Below, one piece after another: positions 9,565 through 18,386 of a stretch of DNA of 64,000 bases (positions are counted from its first letter, which is position 1; each line of letters opens with the position of its first letter). Made by a program: the position numbers and the translations under genes. Under the pieces are notes generated by a model that worked only from the letters and a program-made list of their open reading frames with translations, had not been told where the DNA came from and did not search any database. The DNA lies in assembly GCA_049325535.1 (NCBI GenBank), contig JBMOKY010000001.1:221002-285001 (forward strand). Direction: 5' to 3'. This DNA comes from Patescibacteria group bacterium (GTDB taxonomy: Bacteria > Patescibacteriota > Patescibacteriia > UBA10025 > JAHIVO01).

Positions 9565-10770
9565 ATGAGCGAATTTTCCTACAAAGCGCGCAATGAACAG
9601 GGCCAGACCATAGACGGTGTGGTCGTGGCGCCGTCGGAAAATATTGCCTATGGCATGCTGCGCGACAAAAAACTCTTTATCATCGCGCTCAAGGAACAGC
9701 GGGTGCGGAAATTATTTGGTGGACTGTCGCTCAGTAGCGGTGTCAAGGCAAAAGATATCGTCGTTTTTGCCCGGCAGCTGTCGGTGATGATTACCTCGAA
9801 CGTGCCGATTGTCCGCGCGCTCAAGGTGCTGGTCGCACAAACCAATAATGTCAAACTTAAATCAGTACTGTCGGATGTAGCCGATGAGGTCGACGGTGGC
9901 GCCAAACTGTCGCAGGCGCTGGCTAAGTATCCGCGAATTTTCAGCAATTTCTTCGTGCAGATGGTCCGTTCCGCTGAAACGACCGGGCGCTTGGACGAAA
10001 TTCTAGAGTATCTGGCTGACCAGCAGGAAAAAGATTATGATCTGAAGGCCAAGGCCCGCGGCTCCATGATTTATCCCGCGTTTATCGTCACCGCCCTCGC
10101 GGTAGTCGGTGCTATGATGATGATGTTTGTGTTGCCCCAGATCACCGCAGTATTTGAGGGGGCGGATGTGGTGCTGCCGCTGACGACCCGGATATTCATC
10201 GGCATCAGCGATTTTTTGCGGGGATTCTGGTGGCTGGTGCTACTCATCCTTATTGGCGCGGCATTTGCATTCCGCGCCATCAATAAGACGAACCGGGGAC
10301 GCCATCAGATTGACCTCCTGAAAATCCGCACACCCATGATCGGTCCGCTTTTCAATCGGCTGTATCTGACCCGGTTTTCTCGGTCGCTATCTACGCTGCT
10401 GGCCTCAGGCGTGCCATTGACCCGCTCACTGGATATCGTGGCTGATGTGGTGGGAAATACGCTGTATCATGACCTGACCCGGGAGACTATCAAACGAGTC
10501 GAGGGTGGCGCGTCCATTACTACGGTATTTGTCACCAGCAAAGACGTGCCGATTATGCTGTCACAGATGATGAGCGTAGGTGAGCAGTCCGGGCAGCTGG
10601 ACAAGATTTTGGAAAAAATCGCCCAGTTTTACCAGCGCGAGCTGGAAAATTCACTGGCCAATCTGACTACGGCTATTGAGCCGATCATCATGATTGTGAT
10701 CGGAGTGGCCGTGGGATTCCTCGTTTCCGCAATTATCCTTCCTCTGTATAATCTGTCCAGCGCGATTTAG
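9565..10770 (+). CDS. pilC: Type IV pilus platform protein PilC (GspF family)
   Basis: Two GspF repeats and three TM helices. About 400 aa. Adjacent to pilB. Confidence 0.85.
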   Translation: MSEFSYKARNEQGQTIDGVVVAPSENIAYGMLRDKKLFIIALKEQRVRKLFGGLSLSSGVKAKDIVVFARQLSVMITSNVPIVRALKVLVAQTNNVKLKSVLSDVADEVDGGAKLSQALAKYPRIFSNFFVQMVRSAETTGRLDEILEYLADQQEKDYDLKAKARGSMIYPAFIVTALAVVGAMMMMFVLPQITAVFEGADVVLPLTTRIFIGISDFLRGFWWLVLLILIGAAFAFRAINKTNRGRHQIDLLKIRTPMIGPLFNRLYLTRFSRSLSTLLASGVPLTRSLDIVADVVGNTLYHDLTRETIKRVEGGASITTVFVTSKDVPIMLSQMMSVGEQSGQLDKILEKIAQFYQRELENSLANLTTAIEPIIMIVIGVAVGFLVSAIILPLYNLSSAI

Positions 10771-10802
10771 ACCGTTTTTACAGGCTTGTTTTTGTATATT
10801 GA

Positions 10803-10831
10803 TTGACATTTGCATGAAAATGTGATATTAT
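10803..10831 (+). promoter_or_regulatory. Strong sigma70-like promoter of major pilin gene
   Basis: TTGACA at 10803-10808, 17-nt spacer, TATTAT at 10826-10831 with upstream TG (extended -10). A second TATAAT lies at 10841-10846. Confidence 0.55.
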
Positions 10832-11018
10832 ACACTTGTGTATAATGGCAGCATAGTTCATTTTTGATTCACGTTAACTATCCCGGCAAAGCAATACATG
10901 TAGGTTCCGCCCAGTGTTCCTGTGAAGGCACGGGTCAGGCGGATCCGTGATCTGTGGATTTACACAGGGCGCGGCTGAAAGCTACATGTCTTTGCCACTA
11001 AGGAAAGGGGGTGAAGAC

Positions 11019-11480
11019 ATGAAACGAAAAGGTTTTACACTCATTGAGCTATTGGTCGTCATCGCGATTATCGGTATTTTGGCAACCATCGGTTTGGTTG
11101 CATTGAATGGTGCACGGGAAAAGGCTCGCGATGCCACTCGCAAATCAGATATTTCCCAGATCAAGACTGCCCTGGTCCTCTACTCAGATGACTACGGTAG
11201 CGCGTTCCCTGGAGGCGACTTCGCCGGTCTGGACGCTGCTTTGGTGACCGCATATCTCTCGAAATTACCGCATGATCCGCAGTCAGCCACCAATGGTGGT
11301 ACGCACGCGGACTATGCCTATGAATCATGCACAGTCAGCCAGCGCTCGACATTCTTACTGTATGCGCAGCTGGAATCCCCAAACAGCACTGATAACTTCT
11401 TCTACTTCTACGTAGCCGGTAACGGCGACTCAGGAGATAAGGTTTCTGGTGCCACCATGGGAGCATGTGCTGATCACTAA
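11019..11480 (+). CDS. pilA: Type IV major pilin (prepilin with class III signal)
   Basis: MKRKGFTLIELLVVIAIIGILA is a textbook prepilin leader, G|FTLIE cleavage/methylation site and hydrophobic helix. Two C-terminal Cys. Extended SD GAAAGGGGGTGA lies 6 nt upstream. Confidence 0.85.
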   Translation: MKRKGFTLIELLVVIAIIGILATIGLVALNGAREKARDATRKSDISQIKTALVLYSDDYGSAFPGGDFAGLDAALVTAYLSKLPHDPQSATNGGTHADYAYESCTVSQRSTFLLYAQLESPNSTDNFFYFYVAGNGDSGDKVSGATMGACADH

Positions 11481-11510
11481 TTTCGTGATTTGCAATCTCG
11501 TATACCAAAA

Positions 11511-11541
11511 GCGGTTTGCCATCCTGGCGAGCCGCTTTTTG
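11511..11541 (+). terminator. Rho-independent terminator after major pilin
   Basis: gcggtttgcc atcct ggcgagccgc stem (with G-U pairs) followed by ttttt. Confidence 0.55.
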
Positions 11542-11573
11542 GGTTTGGGGGTATCTGATATACTGATTCATAT

Positions 11574-12557
11574 ATGAACGACGCTCCCGATACCGCAGTT
11601 ATTATTTTGAATTGGAACGGCAGATGCCATCTGCAGGATTGTCTCAGTACCGTCCTGGCGCAGCGCACCCATCGGCAGCGAGTCATGGTGGTGGACAATG
11701 GCTCGACCGATGATTCGGTGGTTTTACTGCGCCAGATGTTTCCCACGGTGCAGATTATCCAAACGGGGAAGAATCTTGGTTTTGCCGAGGGGAATAACGT
11801 TGGCATCCGCCAGGCGCTCCAGGATCCACAGATCCGGTATATAGCGGTACTCAATAACGACACGGCAGTGGATGGACGGTGGCTCGAGTCGCTGATTGCG
11901 GTGGCGGAAGCCGACAAGCATATTGGGGCGGTAGGCAGCCGGATGATGCGGTTTTACGAGCGGGACGTGTTTGATTCCGCGGGAGATTTTGTATTAGCCG
12001 GTACGCTCAAAGTAGTTACTCGCGGTGCCGGGGAAAGAGACCGAGGGCAGTACCGTGCGGTCGAAGAGTGCTTTAGCGCGCGCGGTGGTGCCGCTCTTTA
12101 CCGTCGGGAGATGCTGGAGGACGTTCGGCTCGGCCACGATTATTTCGATTCGCACTATTTCGCCTATGCCGAAGATAGCGATCTATCGATTCGGGCACGG
12201 CTGCGGAGCTGGAAAATAATGTATGCCCCGGATGCCGTCGTGTATCATAAAGTATCGGCCACGACGAAAACACTATCCTCGGATTTTATGCGATACCATA
12301 CCGGCCGCAACCGGGTATTGACTACGATGAAAAATCTGCCATTTCGACTCTGGGTGACGGCATTACGCGGTACGGCGCATGGACCCTCAGATGAGTCGGC
12401 GACTGTGGGCTATTGGCGGTATGTCCGTATAGTTGGCGCAGTGATATGGGCGCTCCCTCGGCTGGTGCGCCTGCGCCGTCTGATCCAGCGCCGACGTACG
12501 ATTTCGATCCATGATATACTGCAGTGGCAAAAATATTTTTCTATTCCCCACCCATGA
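11574..12557 (+). CDS. Family 2 glycosyltransferase
   Basis: VIILNWNGRCHLQDCL...VVDNGSTDDS and a DxD-containing GT-A fold N-terminus. Confidence 0.85.
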   Translation: MNDAPDTAVIILNWNGRCHLQDCLSTVLAQRTHRQRVMVVDNGSTDDSVVLLRQMFPTVQIIQTGKNLGFAEGNNVGIRQALQDPQIRYIAVLNNDTAVDGRWLESLIAVAEADKHIGAVGSRMMRFYERDVFDSAGDFVLAGTLKVVTRGAGERDRGQYRAVEECFSARGGAALYRREMLEDVRLGHDYFDSHYFAYAEDSDLSIRARLRSWKIMYAPDAVVYHKVSATTKTLSSDFMRYHTGRNRVLTTMKNLPFRLWVTALRGTAHGPSDESATVGYWRYVRIVGAVIWALPRLVRLRRLIQRRRTISIHDILQWQKYFSIPHP

Positions 12558-14497
12558 ATTCACGTACGAAAATAATTTCTGGATTATTTATACTGGCACT
12601 GCTGGTTGTTTCCTTTTTTTCCGGTGAATGGAGCAAATGGTTGCAGGCAATCGTGCTGGTGTTTGCTTTTCTTTTAGCATTTCTCACTATCCGTACCTGG
12701 ACGCCGTCATCAGATTCATGGAGCCTGAGAAAAATCATATTCAGTCCGCACGCGTATCTCGTGCTATGGCTCGGGCTGGCAAGCGCCTCAATCGGCTGGT
12801 CGGTTGATTGGTACGATTCGCTGACTGCCACGTCACTGCTGATGGCCTATGCACTGGTGTGGTGGGCGGCATATCGGTTTTTCCGCACAGCCGATACCGT
12901 GCGCGCGCTGGCCTATGGTGTCGCCGGTACGGGGGTGGTAGCGTCGGTAGCCGGATTCATTCTCTATATCAATCAGACAGCGGATCGGCTATCAGGTTTC
13001 CTCTTCAATGCCAATGCTATTTCGAGCCTGCTGATACTGACCGCTCCGGTCGCTTGTGTCATGGCGGCACAGCAGACCCGAAAAAAATATCGCTGGCTTG
13101 TGGGCGTTGCCAGTGTTATCATCATCGCGGCGCTGGCGCTGACCTATTCGTTTACCGCTTGGGTGAGCGTCATGCCGTCCGCGCTCATCGGCCTGTACTA
13201 TTTCCGGCGATCAATATTCACCCGCCGACGGGTGATGGTGGCAGCAGGAATCGTGCTGATTGGCATTATCGGTATGATCGGATTCCGGTATGCTCAGTCA
13301 CGGGATGTACAGTCGGCGATACGGGTGTACCAGGCTATATCATCGAGTGAACTCAACCGTAGTTTTTCCCAGCGGATTAATTTTAATCTCTCAGCCGCTG
13401 ATATATTCCGTGATCATCCGTTGGTCGGTACCGGTATCAACACATTCCAGAGTGTCTATTCACAGTACGCGCGTACTATTCTCGAGCAGCCGCGCTACGC
13501 ACACAATTATTATATCCAGACCGCCGCCGAGCTTGGGATCATCGGCATGGTGGCACTGCTGGGATTTTTACTGATGGCTGGTCGGCAGGTGCTGCACGTT
13601 GTGCGTGCTACTCCGGATCCGCGGCATCGGCATATTCTGGTAGGACTGTCGCTCGGCGTATTAGCATCCGCGGTGCATGCTGTGTTTGATTTTGGTTGGC
13701 AGTTTCCTGCGGTGTTCCTCATGTTTTGGGTGATAGCCGGCGCGCTGGCCGGACAGTATGCCGGGCATGGACGCGGCCAGTCGGAGCAAGGAGCCGAGCC
13801 TTTACCCCGTCGCGCCATGCTCATCAATGCGCTGTATCTGGTGTTTGGGTTAGCGGTACTCCTTCGCGGGTTATCGGTTTTTATGGGTGTGAATGCATTT
13901 GATACAGCCGCCATTCACGTCACCCGTGATGAAATACCCGAGGCAGCTGCAGCATATGAACAGGGTTTGCGCTACGATCCTGATCCGACTATGCTGGCGC
14001 AGTATTCGGGATTGGTCATCCAGCACCGTACTGAGCTGGAAGCGGTGCAGTTTGACGGCTTACTACCTCGCGTGGAGGCCATGGTGCGTCGCTCGCCGGA
14101 TGATTACCTGGCACGGTGGACATACGGGCGGGTATTATATTCGCTGAAGCGGTATGACGAGGCCATTACCGAGTATACTCAGGCCATCGCATTGAATCCG
14201 AAATTCCGTCCTGACCTTTACTATGATTTAGCCTATACGTATTTTATTACGGATCAGCCAGCGCTCGCTAAGCAGACTATCGCCCATATACTCGTAGAAT
14301 ACGGACCGACCACGCTGACGCGCAATCCAAATCTGCCTGATCAGCTCGCGTCTTTGCATTATCTGCTGGGGGAACTGTACCGGACGGAGGGAAACGCTGA
14401 AGCGGCGCGAGAACGCTATGAAATGGCCTTGGAACTCAACCGCTGGTACACGCCAGCCTATGCCGGCCTGGATGCGTTGTATCAGGAGGGGAGTTAG
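12554..14497 (+). CDS. Wzy_C (O-antigen ligase / O-oligosaccharyltransferase-like) membrane protein with C-terminal TPR repeats
   Basis: ATGA overlap with the upstream GT2 stop. About 10 TM helices with a large loop typical of WaaL/PglL/TfpO. C-terminal ~200 aa contain TPR-like repeats (YDEAITEYTQAIALNP...). Confidence 0.7.
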   Translation: MNSRTKIISGLFILALLVVSFFSGEWSKWLQAIVLVFAFLLAFLTIRTWTPSSDSWSLRKIIFSPHAYLVLWLGLASASIGWSVDWYDSLTATSLLMAYALVWWAAYRFFRTADTVRALAYGVAGTGVVASVAGFILYINQTADRLSGFLFNANAISSLLILTAPVACVMAAQQTRKKYRWLVGVASVIIIAALALTYSFTAWVSVMPSALIGLYYFRRSIFTRRRVMVAAGIVLIGIIGMIGFRYAQSRDVQSAIRVYQAISSSELNRSFSQRINFNLSAADIFRDHPLVGTGINTFQSVYSQYARTILEQPRYAHNYYIQTAAELGIIGMVALLGFLLMAGRQVLHVVRATPDPRHRHILVGLSLGVLASAVHAVFDFGWQFPAVFLMFWVIAGALAGQYAGHGRGQSEQGAEPLPRRAMLINALYLVFGLAVLLRGLSVFMGVNAFDTAAIHVTRDEIPEAAAAYEQGLRYDPDPTMLAQYSGLVIQHRTELEAVQFDGLLPRVEAMVRRSPDDYLARWTYGRVLYSLKRYDEAITEYTQAIALNPKFRPDLYYDLAYTYFITDQPALAKQTIAHILVEYGPTTLTRNPNLPDQLASLHYLLGELYRTEGNAEAARERYEMALELNRWYTPAYAGLDALYQEGS

Positions 14498-14546
14498 GTT
14501 ATACTGTCTATATAATCATTGGTGTGGCGAGGGTGCATGCGGCCGT

Positions 14547-15035
14547 ATGAGTAAAGGGTATACATTAATCGAACTGCTGGTAGTGCTGGCCATCATCGGG
14601 ATATTAGCCGCCATCGGCATCACTACTCTCAATGGTACTCGTGGTCAGGCGCGGGATGCAACTCGGTTTTCAGATTTTGAAGCACTGCGCGGAGCGCTGG
14701 AATTGTACGCGGATACGTACGGCAGCTATCCCCGACCCGTGACGGCCGGTGGCGCCGGACCGGACCTGAGTACCGCCGGACTCAATGGGACGATTTTTTC
14801 CCAGACGGATAATCCTCTGTCACCGGCGTATATGAGCCGGTCTGTCCGCGATCCGATCAATGACGCGACCAAGGGACTGTACTATTATTATGACACGAAT
14901 GATTCGCCTACGGTGAACCACCGGAATTACGTCATCTGTTTCCACAAGGAAAGCCGGGATCAGCAGCGGTTCTACTATTATTCGACCGCGGTCCAAGGTT
15001 ACGGACCGGTATGCCCGACATTACCCGCAACTTAA
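14547..15035 (+). CDS. Type IV pilin (second prepilin)
   Basis: MSKGYTLIELLVVLAIIGILAAIG, a G|YTLIE prepilin site. The track ORF begins upstream at 14418, but the pilin start is at 14547. Confidence 0.8.
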   Translation: MSKGYTLIELLVVLAIIGILAAIGITTLNGTRGQARDATRFSDFEALRGALELYADTYGSYPRPVTAGGAGPDLSTAGLNGTIFSQTDNPLSPAYMSRSVRDPINDATKGLYYYYDTNDSPTVNHRNYVICFHKESRDQQRFYYYSTAVQGYGPVCPTLPAT

Positions 15036-15046
15036 ATGCAATCCGT

Positions 15047-15469
15047 ATGTATCATACCAATCAGCGCGGCATCAGCATATTGGCCGTGCTTATCATCATC
15101 ATAACTGCCTGCCTGGTCATCGGCGGCGGATTTCTGCTTATCAATCAGGAAAAAGCTCGGACGCGCGATGCCAAGCGCATGTCTGATATGACGCGGGTAC
15201 AGGCGGCTTTTGAGCTGATGTTCAATCAGACGGCCAGTTATGCCATGGCGGCCACCGACGGATGCAGCCAGACCGGCATGCCGGTGAGCAGCTGTGCCCT
15301 GGGCACATTTCTCCCCTCAATCGGACAATTCAAAGATCCCGGCAAATACGCCTATACCGTGACCGTGGTGCCTACGGAATCAACCTATCAGGTGACCTTT
15401 ACCCTAGAAAAAGACTACGGTACGCTCAAGGCGGGCAAACACACTCTGTCACCCGACGGTATCAAGTAA
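15047..15469 (+). CDS. Pilin-like protein with degenerate prepilin signal
   Basis: MYHTNQRGISILAVLIIIITA. Hydrophobic N-terminal helix after Gly, but position +5 is Ala rather than Glu. Confidence 0.55.
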   Translation: MYHTNQRGISILAVLIIIITACLVIGGGFLLINQEKARTRDAKRMSDMTRVQAAFELMFNQTASYAMAATDGCSQTGMPVSSCALGTFLPSIGQFKDPGKYAYTVTVVPTESTYQVTFTLEKDYGTLKAGKHTLSPDGIK

Positions 15470-15549
15470 ATAAATTTCTCACCGCACCGATGCCATGAAG
15501 GTCAGCTTTCATGGAGCGAGGGTTTTTCCTACCCAGAGAGGCTGTTTTT

Positions 15550-15558
15550 TGGTATAAT
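15550..15558 (+). promoter_or_regulatory. Extended -10 element (TGgTATAAT) immediately 5' of pilD internal ATGs
   Basis: tggtataat at 15550-15558. ATGs at 15562 and 15568 lie 4 and 10 nt downstream, suggesting a leaderless or short-leader pilD. Confidence 0.3.
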
Positions 15559-15561
15559 AAT

Positions 15562-16317
15562 ATGACTATGGATGGTTTTTTGGTGTTTATTTTAGGGTTG
15601 GTGGTGGGCAGTTTTATGAATGCCGTTATTTACCGTCTCCACAAAGGCGTCAGTTTCGTGCGGGGGCGATCATATTGCCCGCATTGCAAACATGAGCTTC
15701 ATTTTTTTGATTTAATCCCGATATTTAGTTTTATCATGCTGCGGGGTCGGTGCCGCTACTGTGCCAAGCGGATTTCCTGGCAGTATCCGCTGGTGGAACT
15801 AGCCACCGGCATAATTTTTTTCTCGCTCTGGTGGCAATTCGGTTTGTCCTGGGATTTGGGTGTATACGCAATATATTCGGTATTTCTATTGATTATATTT
15901 GTTTTCGATTTGCGGTACTATCTCATTCTCGACGTGGTAAGCGTCCCGGCTATGGTGATCGCGGCACTGGCATCCTATTTCATACTTGATCTCGATATAC
16001 TAAGCATGGCAATCGGCGCACTCATTGGTGGTGGTTTTTTTTATCTTCAGTATCTGGTTTCACGAGGGAAATGGATCGGCGGCGGCGATATCAGATTGGG
16101 TGTGGTGATGGGGCTGATGCTGGGTTTTCCCAATATACTTGTGGCGCTCTTCGTCGCCTATTGCGTCGGGTCGCTGGTGGGAATCGGACTTATCCTGGCT
16201 CATACCAAGCAGTGGAAAAGTCAGGTGCCATTTGGCACCTTTCTCAGCGCGGCAACTATCATTACGTTTTTTTTCGGCACTGCGGCGGTTAATTTTTATC
16301 GGGGATTCGTGTTATGA
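15562..16317 (+). CDS. pilD: Prepilin peptidase PilD (A24 family); start uncertain (15511/15562/15568)
   Basis: LVVGSFMNAVIYRL. Tetracysteine CPHCKH...CRYC. GGGD in KWIGGGDIRLG. Confidence 0.8.
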   Translation: MTMDGFLVFILGLVVGSFMNAVIYRLHKGVSFVRGRSYCPHCKHELHFFDLIPIFSFIMLRGRCRYCAKRISWQYPLVELATGIIFFSLWWQFGLSWDLGVYAIYSVFLLIIFVFDLRYYLILDVVSVPAMVIAALASYFILDLDILSMAIGALIGGGFFYLQYLVSRGKWIGGGDIRLGVVMGLMLGFPNILVALFVAYCVGSLVGIGLILAHTKQWKSQVPFGTFLSAATIITFFFGTAAVNFYRGFVL

Positions 16318-16976
16318 GTCGAAAGGGACATCAAGGATTTACGCTGGTTGAATTACTGATAGTCATGTTTATTATCGGCGTATTGACCGTCGCCATCATC
16401 ATCAATTTCAATCGTGGGGACAAAACACAGGACCTGCGTTCAGTCAGCACCCAACTAGTTCAACAGCTGCGCTTTGCGCAGGCCTATGCCACTGGTGGCA
16501 ATAGCATCAATTTTTGTCGGCAGGGGTCGTCCGATAATGAATATGAATCGTGCGCGGATGACGTGTTTTGCGGGGGAGGGGCCGGGGACTGTACCAATGG
16601 CGTCCCCCCGGGTGGGTATGGCATCCACTTTTCGGCGGTATCAAGTTATATGCTTTTTGCCGATACCAATACGCTTCAGCATTCCTATTCTACGGAAGAA
16701 CCAATCATCAGGCGAGAGGATACACAGCAGACCAACGTAGGGGTGACCGCGTATCGCGTCGGCGCGGATACGTATGTGCCGCAGACAAATCCGCTGGATG
16801 TCGTTTTTACCCCGCCCACCGGCGTCATCTCATTTCATATTGATGGTGCGCCTGTCACAGAAACTGAGGTTGCACTGCTGGTGAAGCACGGTGAATTGGA
16901 TTCCGTATGCAAAAAAATTACCATTAATCGCGTTTCAAATCATATCAGTGAAACGCAAAGCAATTGTACGCTGTGA
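16314..16976 (+). CDS. Pseudopilin / minor pilin (GspH/FimT-like)
   Basis: MSRKGHQGFTLVELLIVMFIIGVL, a G|FTLVE site. ATGA overlap with pilD. Confidence 0.75.
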   Translation: MSRKGHQGFTLVELLIVMFIIGVLTVAIIINFNRGDKTQDLRSVSTQLVQQLRFAQAYATGGNSINFCRQGSSDNEYESCADDVFCGGGAGDCTNGVPPGGYGIHFSAVSSYMLFADTNTLQHSYSTEEPIIRREDTQQTNVGVTAYRVGADTYVPQTNPLDVVFTPPTGVISFHIDGAPVTETEVALLVKHGELDSVCKKITINRVSNHISETQSNCTL

Positions 16977-17665
16977 AACGCAACTGCCACAATCAATCGG
17001 GTCAAACGCTTCTGGAGGTATTGTTTGCCATGGTTATCCTGCTGACCGCGCTGACTGCGACTATCGTACTGATCGTCAATAGTATCAACGCCAGCAAAGA
17101 AAGCCGCAATAAACTGATCGCGACGAGTCTCGCGCGGGAAGCGGTAGAGATCGCCAGGAATATGCGAGACAGCAACTGGGTGACGACGGCGCAGCGTACC
17201 TGCGATGCCGGGCCATATGCGGGGTTTGCGTGTGATGGCAATACGTTTTGTGGACTGGGTAATACCTGCGCGGCGGGTACCTGGGACGCGGGGTTAGTCG
17301 GAGCAAATCCGGCAGTTCCCGTCATCACCGGGAGCGATCCGTTTACGTTTGATTTTACTGCCACTGATTTTTCCGATGCGATCGCACGGGTACGGCTGCA
17401 GAATCATTTTTACCGGCAGGGCAGCGGGGTGACGGGAGCCCCCACTGAATTCTATCGTCTGGTGTTTATTAATCCGATTTGCCATGATGCCGCGGGCACT
17501 GAGTTTATCGTCGATCGTGCATCGAATGATGTCTGCGGAGCCGGCAGCGCCACCGGGTACGATGATACTGTCGGATATCGCGTCATCAGCGAAGTGCGCT
17601 GGGGTTCCACCTCCGGTCGTCGGGTGACCATTGAGGACCGTATTTATAATTGGCCGACGCTGTAG
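16964..17665 (+). CDS. Minor pilin (PilV/GspI-like)
   Basis: ...NQSGQTLLEVLFAMVILLTALTA, G|QTLLE with Glu at +5. Alternative GTG start at 16973. Confidence 0.7.
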   Translation: MYAVKRNCHNQSGQTLLEVLFAMVILLTALTATIVLIVNSINASKESRNKLIATSLAREAVEIARNMRDSNWVTTAQRTCDAGPYAGFACDGNTFCGLGNTCAAGTWDAGLVGANPAVPVITGSDPFTFDFTATDFSDAIARVRLQNHFYRQGSGVTGAPTEFYRLVFINPICHDAAGTEFIVDRASNDVCGAGSATGYDDTVGYRVISEVRWGSTSGRRVTIEDRIYNWPTL

Positions 17666-17666
17666 C

Positions 17667-18386
17667 ATGTTTCACCATAAACACAATCAACGCGGTTTTA
17701 CGCTCATCGAGATGATCGTGGCATTGGCGATTTTCAGTCTGACCATCCTTCTGGCGACCAATGTCTATCTGCTGGTGAGCAATACCCAGCGGCGCGCCTT
17801 GGCTGCACAGAAAATTCTCGATGATGTGCGGGCGCTGTTTGAGACGATGACGCAGGAGGTCCGCCTCGGTACTATCAATTATGCATATTATGACCAGCAG
17901 AATATTGATTTACATCCTGCCGCTGGAACTGGGATTCCAATCCTGGCAGTCATCAGCCAGACGGGTAGCCAGGATTTTTTCCGGCTCCAGTCAGAACGGG
18001 TACAGTTCTGTGAGGAAATAACAGTTGGCGATTGTGACGCCGGGGGGACGGGCTGGCTGGACGTGACACCCGAGGGCGTGCGTGTAGAAGATCTACGGTT
18101 TGTCATCACACCGAGCGCAGATCCGTTTACCGCCATCGAACCGGTTGACTGCGCGTTGGGAGGCGATGCGGACTGCACCGCCGCCGGCCTCGTGTCCTAC
18201 CGCTGCGCCGCGGATAATGCCTGTCGTTACTTTAGCAACGGATATAATATCCAGCCGCAGGTACTGATCATGATAAAATCGACTTCTGTCGCACCGCGTC
18301 TGATTGAACAGGCGTCGGTGGATATGCAGACCATCATCAGTTCGCGCATTATTACCAGTGCCATTCAGAACAGTTACCATGATTAA
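17667..18386 (+). CDS. Minor pilin (PilW/GspJ-like)
   Basis: MFHHKHNQRGFTLIEMIVALAIFSL, a G|FTLIE site. Confidence 0.75.
   Translation: MFHHKHNQRGFTLIEMIVALAIFSLTILLATNVYLLVSNTQRRALAAQKILDDVRALFETMTQEVRLGTINYAYYDQQNIDLHPAAGTGIPILAVISQTGSQDFFRLQSERVQFCEEITVGDCDAGGTGWLDVTPEGVRVEDLRFVITPSADPFTAIEPVDCALGGDADCTAAGLVSYRCAADNACRYFSNGYNIQPQVLIMIKSTSVAPRLIEQASVDMQTIISSRIITSAIQNSYHD

Noticed and set aside
12808-13914. Alternative-frame ORFs (12808-13350 +, 13510-13914 -) inside the Wzy_C gene
   Set aside because: Embedded in a gene with a clear polytopic membrane translation. The alternative frames are Arg/Cys-rich, as expected for a GC-rich off-frame.
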